From Callorhinchus milii (Eukaryota): 64,000 nt of DNA. The stretch covers positions 30,382,001-30,446,000 of the forward strand of contig NW_024704742.1 of NCBI RefSeq assembly GCF_018977255.1, given 5' to 3'. Both the position numbers and the translations under genes were made by a program. This document shows positions 63,153 to 64,000 of the stretch, in pieces; within the stretch, counting starts at the first letter, position 1, and the number at the start of each line of letters is the position of its first letter. A model generated the notes under the pieces. The model did no database searches. It had not been told where the DNA came from and worked only from the letters and a program-made list of their open reading frames with translations.

Positions 63153-64000
63153 ACGCAGGCCACGGATGCTGAAAGCATTAAAATGTTACAGTTCCAAAGG
63201 GAGATTATTTTCTGTTCAGAATCACTGATGATATAACAGTTTTGGAGTCTCAAGGCAAATGTACAGTCAGCAGCACATAATCTTTGATGATAAGTTGATA
63301 TAACCCAGAGAGGGAGATAGAGACAGAGAGAGACCAAGACTTTGGGCCTAAATTGAAAGAATCTCATTTGAAATTGGAATGTTTTCAGAAAGCACTTGCA
63401 TTTTTATAGGGCGCATAACACTGAAAGGTCCCAAAGCACTTCACAGTAATAACTATTACGTGCAATGAATGGTTTTGTAGAGATTATTAATTCTGTAGGC
63501 AAATCGCTTTCAGGTTTTTAAGACTCTATTAAGATGAGGGTGGAGAGAAAACACATTCCAGTAGTAGGAAACAGTATAGATTAGAGACAGACGTGAGATA
63601 GCAACAGCTATGAGACATTTGCCGAGGCTTAGTGAGAATGAGAGAGAGCGCGTCTGTCTTTGTTTACTGGTTCTCCTTCAACACTATGACTTTGACCGCT
63701 TAGATAAAATTGGTCACTCATTCCATGGCGGTTTGTGGGACATTATTGCAAAAACCCAATCAATCCACTTTACAGTATATCCTGTGAAGCACTTTGAGAC
63801 ATCCTTCCTACGTGATAAGGCAGAATAACAAGTGCAAGGATTATTATAACTATGGTTAGATAAGCATGCCTTGTAGCATAAATCATCTGTTTTCCTTTGC
63901 ACCCGAGTGGGGAGAGCCCTACATGCAGATCGCCTGCTCCCTCTGCACAGAGATCCAACTCCATAATGAAAAGTGTCAGCTCCATGTGACCAAATTCAGT

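Noticed and set aside
57636..64000. Next upstream INPP4B exon (expected GAPAAH-like peptide)
   Set aside because: Not found by eye; it probably lies beyond the window.

Overview
Eukaryotic vertebrate DNA, most consistent with a cartilaginous fish (chimaera/shark-type repeat content: DeuSINE-like SINEs, L2, CR1 and Penelope elements). The minus strand carries the 3' half of INPP4B (type II inositol polyphosphate 4-phosphatase). Ten internal coding exons (57.6 kb down to 17.1 kb) splice in frame and include the CKSAKDR catalytic motif and one GC-AG intron. They are followed by two alternative terminal exons: beta (hydrophobic tail, 7792-7960) and alpha (5805-5937). The introns contain L2 and CR1 LINE fragments, two tRNA-headed SINE families sharing the L2 3' hairpin, a decayed Neptune-type Penelope element, a Tigger-like MITE and an unclassified structured repeat. 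Most notable: minimal hammerhead-ribozyme motifs in Penelope terminal repeats (two sense to the pre-mRNA, one inside a ~205-bp palindrome); a 1.76-kb minisatellite expanded from the first bases of a SINE head; an inverted L2 pair bracketing two exons; and a QKI-type ACUAAC motif abutting a NAGNAG acceptor at the beta exon. Family names and homologies come from recall and by-eye comparison, not database searches.
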